Assembly: GCA_964630825.1 (NCBI GenBank)
Contig: CAZVZR010000006.1
Coordinates: 911 to 64,910 of the forward strand
Length of the DNA stretch: 64,000 bases
Direction: 5' to 3'
Origin: an uncultured Planctomycetales bacterium
Lineage (GTDB): Bacteria > Omnitrophota > Gorgyraeia > Zapsychrales > Zapsychraceae
Positions 10,686 to 19,785 of this stretch are shown one piece after another. The translations under genes and the position numbers were made by a program. The notes below the pieces were generated by a model. It worked only from the letters and a program-made list of their open reading frames with translations. It did not search any database and had not been told where the DNA came from. The stretch's first letter is position 1. Each line of letters starts with the position of its first letter.

Positions 10686-10778
10686 ACGGCTATGACACAC
10701 ATCGCTATTCAGGAACAGCTCAACGGCAAAGCGGTTGACTGGATGGAAAAGGTGAGCGACGCGCAATACCAAGGCTGA
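10686..10778 (+). pseudogene. degenerate 3' remnant of a cupin gene paralogous to 7689..8090
   Basis: Translates to …[30 protein letters not shown], matching the last ~30 aa of the cupin at 7689..8090 at ~80% nt identity. There is no N-terminal part and the ORF is under 40 codons. Confidence 0.6.
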
Positions 10779-10862
10779 TGTTTAGAATACAAAAGAAACG
10801 ATTAAACAAGTTTTGGTGTTTTTAGCCAGTCTCTTTTTGAAATTAAAAAATTTTAATCAAAA

Positions 10863-10881
10863 AGGAATATTCCTTTATAAT
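10863..10881 (+). promoter_or_regulatory. perfect 12-bp palindrome AGGAATATTCCT abutting a consensus -10 TATAAT
   Basis: AGGAATATTCCT (10863-10874) lies 1 nt before TATAAT (10876-10881). A weak -35 TTAATC sits 17 nt upstream. A second inverted repeat GGTCAG-n9-CTGACC lies at 10892-10912 in the leader of the 10961 gene. Confidence 0.35.
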
Positions 10882-10960
10882 ATTACTGTAAGGTCAGTTT
10901 GTAATGCTGACCGATGCGGAATTGTCACAACTAATCTAACAATTTTAAAAAGGAGAGACA

Positions 10961-11278
10961 ATGTTAAAAGACTCGAGAATTAGAATGTTAGTTATAGTGT
11001 TTGTGGCTTTGTTTCTTGGGCTTAGTTTTACTGCGCCTCTTGTTTATGCTAAGGGGCACGGAGGAAACGGCGGTAATGCGTCTGGCCCCGGATCTGAGCC
11101 CAAAGGTTGGGATGAAGGAAAGAAGAAAGGCTGGAATGGTGGTGATGAACCGCCGGGATTAGCCAAGAAGCATAAGAATAAAAAAGGGCAGCATAAAAAG
11201 GGTAAAAAACATAAAGGTAATAAAGAAGAAGAGAAGGAAAATAAAGACGCGGAAAAGAACGAAACAGAGAAAAATTAG
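10961..11278 (+). CDS. small secreted Gly/Lys-rich low-complexity protein
   Basis: Signal peptide MLVIVFVALFLGLSFTAPLVYA, then GNGGNASGPGSEPKGWDEGKKKGWNGG and a K/H/E-rich tail. SD AAAGGAGAG upstream. Confidence 0.5.
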   Translation: MLKDSRIRMLVIVFVALFLGLSFTAPLVYAKGHGGNGGNASGPGSEPKGWDEGKKKGWNGGDEPPGLAKKHKNKKGQHKKGKKHKGNKEEEKENKDAEKNETEKN

Positions 11279-11288
11279 TTTAACTTTT

Positions 11289-11333
11289 AAAAGTGCTGGT
11301 ATTTCGAGCAAAATTCGAGAAACCAGCACTTTT
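11289..11333. repeat. 12-bp perfect inverted repeat (possible terminator)
   Basis: AAAAGTGCTGGT (11289-11300) and ACCAGCACTTTT (11322-11333), 11 nt after the stop. The 21-nt loop contains a direct repeat TTCGAG…TTCGAG. No strong T-tract follows. Confidence 0.35.
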
Positions 11334-11427
11334 AAATGAAGCCTTAGGAAAAAGGACAGTGAATTTTCGAAGGTTTTGAGGAATCATATCAAAAACCGTT
11401 TTAACCAATACAAATAAGAGGAAAACC

Positions 11428-11859
11428 ATGAGTAGAAATTTAATGGCAGTCGTAGCGGGTATGTTTATTTTAGGTATTACAAGTTTGGCAAACGCCGATT
11501 TTGTGGGCAATAAAGATTCCCAAACGTTTCATACCGAGCAGTGTCCATTAGTTAAACAAATGAAAGATGCCAATAAGGTTGCTTTTAAAACAGCTGCGGA
11601 GGCGGTTAAAGCAGGTTACACAGCTTGTAAGAAATGTAACCCTGTGGATGCCCCTGAAGTTGTGTTTGTCGGCAGCAAAGATTCCCAGAAATACCATAAG
11701 TTAGACTGCCGTATTGCCGCAAAGATTAAACCTGATAATTTGGTTAAATTTGCAAGCAAAAAAGAAGCAGAAAAGGCTGGCTACAAACCTTGTGCTATTT
11801 GTTTGCCATCGAACAAGAAGGCTGACGATAAAAAAGCTGACAAAGAAGATAAGAAATAA
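11428..11859 (+). CDS. secreted protein with two tandem Ada-like Zn-binding domains
   Basis: Signal peptide. Repeat 1 is FVGNKDSQTFHTEQC…VAFKTAAEAVKAGYTACKKCNP. Repeat 2 is FVGSKDSQKYHKLDC…VKFASKKEAEKAGYKPCAICLP. The spacing pattern (H/C…C…AGY.xCxxCxP) matches the Ada metal-binding-domain pattern. Confidence 0.55.
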   Translation: MSRNLMAVVAGMFILGITSLANADFVGNKDSQTFHTEQCPLVKQMKDANKVAFKTAAEAVKAGYTACKKCNPVDAPEVVFVGSKDSQKYHKLDCRIAAKIKPDNLVKFASKKEAEKAGYKPCAICLPSNKKADDKKADKEDKK

Positions 11860-11954
11860 AATGGGTAAGGATATTTTCTGTTTAGAAAAATAATCTTTTG
11901 ATCCTGTTGTGCAGATTCCACGAAAAGTCAAAAAATCTGGCCACCCCAGCCATT

Positions 11955-11995
11955 AACCCTCTGGGAAATAATAATTCCCAGAGGGTTTTTATTTT
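11955..11995 (+). terminator. rho-independent terminator
   Basis: 13-bp stem AACCCTCTGGGAA/TTCCCAGAGGGTT with loop ATAATAA, followed by TTTTTATTTT. Confidence 0.7.
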
Positions 11996-12048
11996 GGCGG
12001 ATTTATAAAAATTAATTTTGATCAGGTTTACTTTACAAGGGAGGGGGA

Positions 12049-12918
12049 GTGAAAGTTTCTGCGCTTAAGAGTTTTGTTTGCCCAGTTGATGGACAGACAT
12101 TGCTTAAAGAAAATAAAATCTTTCGGTGTGGCAAGGGACATGTTTTTGATGTGGCCCGTGAGGGGTATTGCAATTTTCTCTTGGTACAGCAAAAGGCTTC
12201 ACTTGATCCGGGAGATAGCAAAGAAATGGTCGCTGCCCGGCGGCGGTTTCTCAATGAAGGGCATTTTGCCCAGCTTGCGGAGCATTTGTTTGAGCATGTT
12301 TGTAAAGTGATAAAGAAGCTGAATCACAGTATGCCGTTGCGGATTGTGGATGCCGGCTGCGGAGAAGGGTATTATTTGCATCAATTGAGTAAACTTGCCG
12401 CTGCAAACAAGCAAACAGCAAGCCTTGAACTCGCCGGATGTGATATTTCAAAGTGGGCGGTAAAAGCTGCGGCGAAACGATCGAAAGAAATTGCCTGGGT
12501 GGTGGCGGGAAATCGCCGATTACCGTTTGCGCCGGGCACAGTGGATTTAATTCTTTCTATTTTCGGTTTTCCGGATTGGGAAAATTTTAAAACGGTCCAG
12601 CCCAGCGGTGGCCGTGTGTTTTTGATTGATCCCGGGTCGGATCATTTGATCGAATTGCGGAAGATTATATACCCAGAGGTAAATTTGAGCCAGCTGCGTT
12701 CGCTTAAAACGGCAACGGAGGGTGGGTATATTTTGGAGTCGAACGACCAGCTTAAATATTCAGTGAGCCTTGAAAATAATTCGTCAATTCAGGATCTGCT
12801 GGCAATGACCCCGCACGCTTTCCGGATAACGCCAAAGGCACGGGAAGAAATTAGAACGTTAAAACGGTTGACCGTATCCGTGGATGTAAGGTTTCGAATT
12901 TTATGCCGAGGGCTTTAG
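12049..12918 (+). CDS. rlmA: 23S rRNA (guanine745-N1)-methyltransferase
   Basis: Strong SD GGGAGGGGGAG followed by a GTG start. N-terminal Zn-binding FVCPVDGQTL…FRCGKGHVFDVAREGYCNFL parallels E. coli RlmA (CPLC…CPQRHQFDMAKEGYVNLL). Also DAGCGEGYY, RLPF and DLIL motifs. Confidence 0.85.
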   Translation: MKVSALKSFVCPVDGQTLLKENKIFRCGKGHVFDVAREGYCNFLLVQQKASLDPGDSKEMVAARRRFLNEGHFAQLAEHLFEHVCKVIKKLNHSMPLRIVDAGCGEGYYLHQLSKLAAANKQTASLELAGCDISKWAVKAAAKRSKEIAWVVAGNRRLPFAPGTVDLILSIFGFPDWENFKTVQPSGGRVFLIDPGSDHLIELRKIIYPEVNLSQLRSLKTATEGGYILESNDQLKYSVSLENNSSIQDLLAMTPHAFRITPKAREEIRTLKRLTVSVDVRFRILCRGL

Positions 12919-12922
12919 AAGA

Positions 12923-14107
12923 TCACACGTACTGGCCAGCCGCATAGCCGGATGCCCAGGCCCACTGAAAGTTAAATCCTCCCAAATGGCCGGTGACATC
13001 CATAACTTCACCGATAAAATATAATCCCGGGATTTTTTTTGCTTCCATAGTTTTTGAGGAAATTTCATTGGGGTCAACTCCACCGACGGTGACCTCGGCT
13101 TTGGCGTAGCCTTCGGTCCCACCGGGAATGATTTCAAAATTGTTTAATAATTTTCCAATTTTGCTTAATTGTTCCGGGGAATAATGGTTGAGCGGTTTGC
13201 TTTCAAGGAAATGCACGCACAAAATTTCGGTGAGGCGCGCTGGAAGATAGTCTTTGAGGAAGTTTTTTAAGGAGGTTTTTGAAGTTTGTTGGGCTTTAAG
13301 GACAGCGAACATATCCCGCCCGGGCAAAAGATTGATCCGAATAGGTTGCTTGGGTTTCCAGTAGGAAGATATTTGCAGGATTGCAGGGCCGCTCAAACCC
13401 TTGTGGGTGAATAAAATATTTTCACGAAAGCTGATATTTTCAAAAGAGACAATTGCATCCAGGGAAACCCCGGAAAGTTCTTTAAAAATGTGCAGGTCTT
13501 TTTCTTGAAACGTTAACGGCACTAAACCGGGCCGGCACGGATTGACTTTGATTTGAAATTGATCCGCGATTTTATACCCTAGGTTCGTAGCACCTAGGGT
13601 GGGAATAGAAAGTCCGCCGGTTGCGACCACTAAACTTTGAGATTGGAATGTTCCCTGGGAGCTTGAAAGGTAAAAAAGGTTTTTTGAGGCAATGTCCGTA
13701 ACCTTGGCTTCAAGAAGAATCTCAACACTGTATTTGGCGCATTCTTTTTTGAGTAAATCGATGATGTTTTGTGAACTTTGGTCACAGAACAGTTGTCCCA
13801 GTTTTTTTTCATGAAAAGGAATTTTGTAGGTGTCAACCAGCGCGCAGAAATCCTGCGGGGTATAACGCGCTAGCGCTGATTTCTGGAAGTGAGGGTTTTG
13901 TGAAAGGAAGTTATTGGCGGTTGTGTGGATGTTGGTGAAATTGCAGCGGCCACCGCCGGAAATGCGGATTTTTTTACCAATAGCTTCATTGTGCTCCAGG
14001 ACGACAACAGATCGCCCGCGTTTGCCGGCTTCGATGGCGCACATGAGCCCGGCTGCGCCCGCGCCAATGATTAAAACATCTTTATGTATTGGTTCATTTT
14101 TTTTCAT
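12923..14107 (-). CDS. HI0933-like NAD(P)/FAD-dependent oxidoreductase (BaiN/aminoacetone-oxidase family flavoprotein)
   Basis: N-terminal Rossmann fold VLIIGAGAAGLMCAIEAGKRGRSVVVLEHN…GGGRCNFTN. C-terminal GEVMDVTGHLGGFNFQWAWASG is typical of the HI0933 family. Confidence 0.8.
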   Translation of the reverse strand: MKKNEPIHKDVLIIGAGAAGLMCAIEAGKRGRSVVVLEHNEAIGKKIRISGGGRCNFTNIHTTANNFLSQNPHFQKSALARYTPQDFCALVDTYKIPFHEKKLGQLFCDQSSQNIIDLLKKECAKYSVEILLEAKVTDIASKNLFYLSSSQGTFQSQSLVVATGGLSIPTLGATNLGYKIADQFQIKVNPCRPGLVPLTFQEKDLHIFKELSGVSLDAIVSFENISFRENILFTHKGLSGPAILQISSYWKPKQPIRINLLPGRDMFAVLKAQQTSKTSLKNFLKDYLPARLTEILCVHFLESKPLNHYSPEQLSKIGKLLNNFEIIPGGTEGYAKAEVTVGGVDPNEISSKTMEAKKIPGLYFIGEVMDVTGHLGGFNFQWAWASGYAAGQYV

Positions 14108-14331
14108 GCTGATGGCATTTTATGTTTAATTTGGAGTATGGTAAATATAAAGATTCTTTTATTTGTGTTCTATTAAAAGCCTCCCAGAAAATATTTTTAA
14201 TATGAAAAAGGAAAAACGTTGGACATAAACTGCAGCCGGAACTAATTAAAGTCAGGTTTTGTTTTCTCCTTGTCAGGAAGTTAAAGGCTCTCCCAAACAT
14301 AGTTGACAAATTTTTATCTAGGGGTAAGAAT

Positions 14332-16746
14332 ATGGCTTACATGTCTACGCCAAACCATAATGCGCCAGGCTGGCCAGGCCTTCCTCCGCGTTTGACATCA
14401 AGTGCGAAGACCGGTGTCGGCACGGCGCACAATCATCAAAGCCCATTGTGGTTTACTCTCAGCCATGGGACTTTAAATGAACTTTATTATCCCGGTATTG
14501 ATCAAGCCGCTACCCGCGATATGGAGTTTATCATCACCGATGGAAAGAATTTTTTTTCAGAAGAGAAAAGGCATGCCCAGAGCCGTACAGATTATTTGAT
14601 AGAAGGAGTCCCGGCTTATCGACTCGTTAACACTTGCCACCAGGGTTTCTATCAAATCGAAAAAGAAATTCTCACCGACCCCACCCGGCCTGTTTTATTG
14701 CAGCGATCCCGATTCAAATTATTGAAAACGATGGAAGGTAGTTATCATTTATATGTTTTATTGGCGGCTCATTTGAGCAATTTTGGCTCTGGAAACACTG
14801 CCTGGGTTGAAGATTACAAAGGTGTTCCCATGGTGTTTGCTAAAAAAGATGGGAATGCATTAGCCTTGGCCTGTTCTGTTCCCTGGCTTAAACGGTCAGT
14901 GGGATTTGTGGGGGCTTCCGACGGATGGCAGGATTTAACGGCTAACAAACAATTGACACAGGAGTATCTGCTTGCCGAAAATGGCAATGTGGCGCTTACC
15001 GCTGAGATTGATCTAAAGCAAAGCAAAGGAGAATTTATCATCGCCGTAGGGTTCGGTGATGATGCTGCCGAAGCGGCCAATCGAGCGCGTGCCTCATTGC
15101 AAGAAGGTTTTGATAGCGCGCAAAAAAATTATGTTGATCGATGGAAAATTTGGCAAAAATCTTTGCTTAGCTTGGATAAGAAACAAAAAGGCGAGTATGG
15201 AAATATTTATCGGGCCAGTACGATGGTCATGCGTTCTCATGAATCGATGAATTTTCCGGGTGGGATGATTGCCAGCCTTGCTGTGCCATGGGGTTTTAGC
15301 AAAGGGGATGAAGATTTGGGCGGTTATCATTTAGTGTGGCCGCGCGATTTAGTTGAAACAGCCGGTGGTCTTTTGGCAGCCGGAGGAAATGAGAATGCTC
15401 GTCGTGTACTTGGTTTTTTAGAAGCTACTCAAGAAAAAGATGGGCATTGGGGGCAGAACATGTGGTTAGATGGCACTCCTTATTGGAGCGGTATTCAGAT
15501 GGATGAAACTGCTTTGCCAATCCTTTTAGTAGATTTGGCATGGCGTGAAAAGGCGTTAACCAAGGAAGACAGGTTAAGATTTTGGCCCATGGTCCGGCAA
15601 GCGGCAATTTATTTGCTTCGTAACGGCCCGATAAGTCCCCAAGATCGCTGGGAGGAAGATGGGGGTTATACTCCCTTTACAATTGGTGCAGAGATCGCCG
15701 CACTACTAGCCGCAGCCGAGATGGCGGATTTAAATAATGAAGCATCCATGGCCACCTATCTACGAGAGGTTGCGGATAATTGGCACGCTGCTATCGACCG
15801 TTGGCTGTATGTTTCCGATACCGACTGGTGCCGCAAATACAATGTGAAAGGATACTACATCCGTCTCGCGACGATGAATGCCGGCGTAGAAGTACCTTCT
15901 CAAGAAAATGTGTTAATAAAAAATGTGACTTGTGATAAAGCCGTTCAATTGGCGGATCATTTGATCAGTCCTGATGCTTTAGCCTTGGTGCGTTTTGGTT
16001 TGCGTGCAGCGGATGATCCGCGAATCCTTGACACGGTCAAAGTTATAGATGCTTTATTAAAAACGGATATGCCTCAAGGAGCTATTTGGCACCGTTACAA
16101 CGGCGACGGTTATGGCGAACATGAGGACGGTTCGCCCTTTGACGGCACAGGGATCGGCCGGGCGTGGCCACTGCTCACCGGCGAGCGGGCGCATTATGAA
16201 GTTGCCGCCGGGCAGACAAGCCAAGCGAATAAACTTTTAACGGCATTAGAGAATTTTGCCAATGAAGGCGGTTTGATTCCGGAGCAAATCTGGGATGCGG
16301 CGGATATTCCCGAGCGTGAGCTTTATTTCGGCCGGCCTTCCGGATCAGCTATGCCTTTGGTTTGGGCGCATGCTGAGTATGTTAAACTGTTGCGGTCTCT
16401 GCGCGATGGAAAAGTTTTTGATATGCCGCCGCAAACCGTCCGTCGCTATTTAGTTGAAAAGAAAACCTCCCCGCATATATTGTGGAGATTTAATTATCAG
16501 CGCAAATCAATGCCTTGCGGTAAAATACTGCGCATTGAAACAATGGCACCGGCGGTTATTCATTGGAGCGTGGATAATTGGAAAACATCTTTGGATGTCA
16601 AGGCGAGTGATACGGGGCTGGACATTTACGTTGCTGATTTGTCGACGCAGATGATCTCTGAGGGATCAGAAATTAAATTTACTTTTTATTGGCCGCAAGC
16701 CGACCGTTGGGAAGGCGCAGATTTTTCTGTTCAGGTGGCTTCTTAA
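14332..16746 (+). CDS. glycoside hydrolase family 15 glucoamylase / glucodextranase-like enzyme (~800 aa bacterial type)
   Basis: N-terminal beta-sandwich region LWFTLSHGTLNELYYPGIDQAATRDMEFIITDG. Central (alpha/alpha)6 region with WEEDGGYTPFT and GAIWHRYNGDGYGEH. C-terminal beta-domain. A near-consensus TTGACA lies 23 nt before the ATG. Confidence 0.7.
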   Translation: MAYMSTPNHNAPGWPGLPPRLTSSAKTGVGTAHNHQSPLWFTLSHGTLNELYYPGIDQAATRDMEFIITDGKNFFSEEKRHAQSRTDYLIEGVPAYRLVNTCHQGFYQIEKEILTDPTRPVLLQRSRFKLLKTMEGSYHLYVLLAAHLSNFGSGNTAWVEDYKGVPMVFAKKDGNALALACSVPWLKRSVGFVGASDGWQDLTANKQLTQEYLLAENGNVALTAEIDLKQSKGEFIIAVGFGDDAAEAANRARASLQEGFDSAQKNYVDRWKIWQKSLLSLDKKQKGEYGNIYRASTMVMRSHESMNFPGGMIASLAVPWGFSKGDEDLGGYHLVWPRDLVETAGGLLAAGGNENARRVLGFLEATQEKDGHWGQNMWLDGTPYWSGIQMDETALPILLVDLAWREKALTKEDRLRFWPMVRQAAIYLLRNGPISPQDRWEEDGGYTPFTIGAEIAALLAAAEMADLNNEASMATYLREVADNWHAAIDRWLYVSDTDWCRKYNVKGYYIRLATMNAGVEVPSQENVLIKNVTCDKAVQLADHLISPDALALVRFGLRAADDPRILDTVKVIDALLKTDMPQGAIWHRYNGDGYGEHEDGSPFDGTGIGRAWPLLTGERAHYEVAAGQTSQANKLLTALENFANEGGLIPEQIWDAADIPERELYFGRPSGSAMPLVWAHAEYVKLLRSLRDGKVFDMPPQTVRRYLVEKKTSPHILWRFNYQRKSMPCGKILRIETMAPAVIHWSVDNWKTSLDVKASDTGLDIYVADLSTQMISEGSEIKFTFYWPQADRWEGADFSVQVAS

Positions 16747-16767
16747 GATGAGAAAGGAATAAATTTT

Positions 16768-17631
16768 ATGGTCAAACATATTTATGAAAACAAGAAATTT
16801 CCTCAGGTGGTAATGCCCGAACAACCTGTCCGTAAGATTTTAAAAGGACAAAAGGCTTTGGTCACTGGTGCCAGTTCTGGGATCGGCAAGGCCACGGCCT
16901 TGGCTCTCGGCAAAGCTGGGGCAGCGGTGGTGATTAATTATGTTAAAGATGATGGCGGTATCGATGAAATGATTAAAGAGATCAAGGATTCCGGCAGTGA
17001 TGCCTTTGGTTTTCAAGCGGATGTTTCTAAAGAGAACGAAGTCGAAGCGATGTTTAAAGAAATGTTTAAAAGATTCGGTACTATCGATATTCTGGTTAAT
17101 AATGCCGGTATTCAAAAAGACGCGCCATTTGACCAAATGACGCTGGCAGATTGGCAGCGTGTCCTTGATGTAAATTTAACCGGGCAATTCCTTTGTGCGC
17201 GGGCGGCTATTCGAGAATTTAAGCGCCGCGGTATCAATCCCGAGGTCTCTTGCGCTGCAGGAAAGATTATTTGCATGAGTTCTGTTCATGAAGTCATTCC
17301 GTGGGGAGGGCATGTCAATTACGCCACATCTAAAGGCGGTGTTATGTTAATGATGAAAAGTATCGCGCAAGAGATGGCTCCTTATCGCATTAGGGTTAAT
17401 AGTATTGGCCCAGGAGCAATTCGGACCCCCATTAATCATTCCGCTTGGGAAACACCAGAGGCATTAAAGGAACTTTTAAAACTTATTCCGTATCAACGTA
17501 TTGGTGAACCGGAAGACATTGCTCGTATAGCGGTGTGGCTTGCTTCCGACGACACGGATTACATTAATGGGACCACCATTTTTGTTGACGGAGGCATGAC
17601 CCTTTATCCCGGGTTTGCAACAGGTGGGTAA
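16768..17631 (+). CDS. SDR-family oxidoreductase, glucose 1-dehydrogenase-like
   Basis: TGASSGIGKA cofactor motif, NNAG, catalytic YATSKGG (YxxxK), and IRVNSIGPGAIRTP. Starts 21 nt after the glucoamylase gene, with an RBS. Confidence 0.85.
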   Translation: MVKHIYENKKFPQVVMPEQPVRKILKGQKALVTGASSGIGKATALALGKAGAAVVINYVKDDGGIDEMIKEIKDSGSDAFGFQADVSKENEVEAMFKEMFKRFGTIDILVNNAGIQKDAPFDQMTLADWQRVLDVNLTGQFLCARAAIREFKRRGINPEVSCAAGKIICMSSVHEVIPWGGHVNYATSKGGVMLMMKSIAQEMAPYRIRVNSIGPGAIRTPINHSAWETPEALKELLKLIPYQRIGEPEDIARIAVWLASDDTDYINGTTIFVDGGMTLYPGFATGG

Positions 17632-17734
17632 AAAAGATGGAACGTTTGAGTTATGAGAAATAATTAATTTTATTTTAATGATAACTTAATCTTTATTTTT
17701 ATATTATAAATTAAAAAATAAAAAGGAGGCTGCT

Positions 17735-18217
17735 ATGAAAAAAATAAAAGCTATTCCTGATGGGTTTCATTCAGTAACACCTTATCTGTCGGTTAAAGGG
17801 GGTGCTCAGGCAATTGATTTTTATAAACAAGCATTCGGTGCCAAGGAACGGTATCGCCTGCCGGGCCCCGATGGTAAAACTGTCGGCCATGCAGAAATTG
17901 TTATCGGAGATTCTATTGTGATGATTGCCGATGAGATGTCGGAATATGGCAACAAGTCGCCCCAAACACTTAATGGAACACCGGTTAATCTTGCCGTTTA
18001 TGTCCAAGATGTTGATGTTGTTTTTAAACGTGCTGTTGATGCCGGTGCAACGGTGGTGACTCCGCTTAAAGATCAGTTTTATGGTGATCGTGCCGGTTGC
18101 CTTCAGGATCCTTTTGGGCACAGGTGGTCGCTAATGACTCATAGAGAAGATGTCTCCCCTGAGGAAATGAAAAAGCGCCTGCCTGCAGAATATGAGAAAA
18201 TGGCGCACCAAAACTAA
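17735..18217 (+). CDS. VOC (glyoxalase/bleomycin-resistance fold) protein, PhnB-like
   Basis: IPDGFHSVTPYLSVKGGAQAIDFYKQAFGAKE…GHAEIVIGDSIVMIADE…FGHRWSL. Strong SD AAAAGGAGG. Confidence 0.75.
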   Translation: MKKIKAIPDGFHSVTPYLSVKGGAQAIDFYKQAFGAKERYRLPGPDGKTVGHAEIVIGDSIVMIADEMSEYGNKSPQTLNGTPVNLAVYVQDVDVVFKRAVDAGATVVTPLKDQFYGDRAGCLQDPFGHRWSLMTHREDVSPEEMKKRLPAEYEKMAHQN

Positions 18218-18275
18218 TTCATTGTGCAATAATAATTATTCAGGAGATTTTCATAACTCATAACAAAGGGAGCTT

Positions 18276-18458
18276 ATGAAAGCATATCACGTTATTTCAG
18301 GAATTATATTTGGCTTGGTTGCCGTAGCGCATCTTTTACGGCTTATTAACCAATGGCCATTGGTTTTAGGGCCATGGTCTGCTCCGATGGCGGTGTCCTG
18401 GGTGGGTCTTATTATTACAACCTGTTTAAGCATTTGGTCTTTTCGTTTAATACGTTAA
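18276..18458 (+). CDS. small two-TM membrane protein (hypothetical)
   Basis: 60 aa, two hydrophobic helices. SD AAAGGGAG 6 nt upstream of the ATG. Confidence 0.35.
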   Translation: MKAYHVISGIIFGLVAVAHLLRLINQWPLVLGPWSAPMAVSWVGLIITTCLSIWSFRLIR

Positions 18459-18520
18459 GAACTGCTTAAACAAGTTTTCATTTTCTCATCCAGCGGCCAT
18501 CCCACAGTATTAACAAGTGA

Positions 18521-18558
18521 GCCCTTCTGATAAATGGCAGAAGGGCTTTCTTATTTCG
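18521..18558. terminator. bidirectional terminator between convergent genes
   Basis: 9-bp stem GCCCTTCTG/CAGAAGGGC with loop ATAAATGG, followed by TTTCTTATTT. Confidence 0.6.
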
Positions 18559-18883
18559 TTGAATTTGTCATTGCATTTAAAGGCGGCTTAGCCGAATTAG
18601 TGGCAGGTGTATTGCTGGAATCTTTTTCACCGGCCGTAGGCTCTACTCTATTTGTAGTATATTGTGTTTGAGTTTTCTCTTCCGGCATTACCCTATTAGC
18701 CGCAGGAGCCGATGTTGTATTCTGTAAGGCTCCCTCACGCGCATTCGTGGTATTAGGAGTATTTGTTCCATAGGTTGGTTCATTCCCGCCGCAACCACTG
18801 GCTAATAAAATAAGGAATAAAATCAATATCCCTTTTTGTCCGATCACAAAGTAACGACCATTCTTTTTGTTGATAGTAATCAT
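18551..18883 (-). CDS. lipoprotein, Thr/Asn/Pro-rich low complexity
   Basis: Internal ATG at 18883 is preceded by a strong SD (AAAGGAGAC). Lipobox LLASGC. The mature part is T/N/P-rich. The track start 18946 is probably too long. Confidence 0.5.
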   Translation of the reverse strand: MITINKKNGRYFVIGQKGILILFLILLASGCGGNEPTYGTNTPNTTNAREGALQNTTSAPAANRVMPEEKTQTQYTTNRVEPTAGEKDSSNTPATNSAKPPLNAMTNSTK

Positions 18884-19074
18884 AGCAGTCTCCTTTCCTG
18901 ATTTTATTGTATTTTTATTTGGTATATTTTTTACCAAAATAAACATTAAGAGAATGTTAAATTACCATTAATTTTCTTTTCCCGCATCTACCGCATTTTT
19001 TTAATTTTAAATTAATGTTAATTTAATATGCCGTTTGTTACTTTAAAACTCAAAAAGAGGCGATCAGAGAGGGT

Positions 19075-19785
19075 ATGTTTCTCATTGAACATATGAAAAA
19101 TACACATCCGATGTTGCTATGGTCAACGATTGGTTTTTTGATTGTGATTACTACCTATGTAGTTTTTGATAGGACACATTCCTTTTATAAACTTTCTTGG
19201 GTCGGTGTCCGTTTTTTTGATGAAGGTAAATATTCAAGAGCTTTACCTTATCTTTTGGGTGCTTATCGGATGAACCCCGAAGATAAAGTTATTACCTGGA
19301 AGCTTGTGTGGGCGTATCAAAAACTCGGCCGTGATAGCGAAGCACGCCGTATTCTGGAAGAAGTTAACGCCAGGTATCCGGCTGATCCAAAGTTAAGTGA
19401 GTCCTTAGGGGATGTGGCTTATTCCGCACAGGCTTATGATATTGCGCAGAGAAACTATCAACGCGTCCTGGCACGAAAACCGTCGGCAACGGTCCGTAAA
19501 AAATATATTAATGCACTCTTTGCGCAAAAGAAATATATTGATGCGATCAATCAGATGGATATTTTGCTTGCCCGAATGCCCGATGATCAGCAGCTGCGTT
19601 TCCAGCATGCACAGATTATTTCGGCGATTGGTGATCACGAACGGGCGGTTAGGGAACTGGAGTCTTTATTAGATAACGGGTTTGACAAAAAAGAAGTCGT
19701 CATCATGCTGGCGGATGAGTTGCGCCTTTTGGGACGCGATGAAGAAGCCATAAAAATTTATGAGGGGGTCAATCATGAAAAATAA
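19075..19785 (+). CDS. TPR-repeat protein with N-terminal TM anchor (module Y of the exopolysaccharide export TPR set)
   Basis: N-terminal TM. TPR-like helices. The C-terminal ~150 aa are paralogous to the C-terminus of 19760..20677. Confidence 0.65.
   Translation: MFLIEHMKNTHPMLLWSTIGFLIVITTYVVFDRTHSFYKLSWVGVRFFDEGKYSRALPYLLGAYRMNPEDKVITWKLVWAYQKLGRDSEARRILEEVNARYPADPKLSESLGDVAYSAQAYDIAQRNYQRVLARKPSATVRKKYINALFAQKKYIDAINQMDILLARMPDDQQLRFQHAQIISAIGDHERAVRELESLLDNGFDKKEVVIMLADELRLLGRDEEAIKIYEGVNHEK

Noticed and set aside
2643-18558. Terminator hairpins at 2643-2676 and 18521-18558 share AACAAGTGA…AGGGCTTT, a possible repeated element
   Set aside because: The shared portion is only ~9 + 8 nt and the stems differ. 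Two copies is not enough to call a repeat family. It is probably coincidental GC-clamp terminators.
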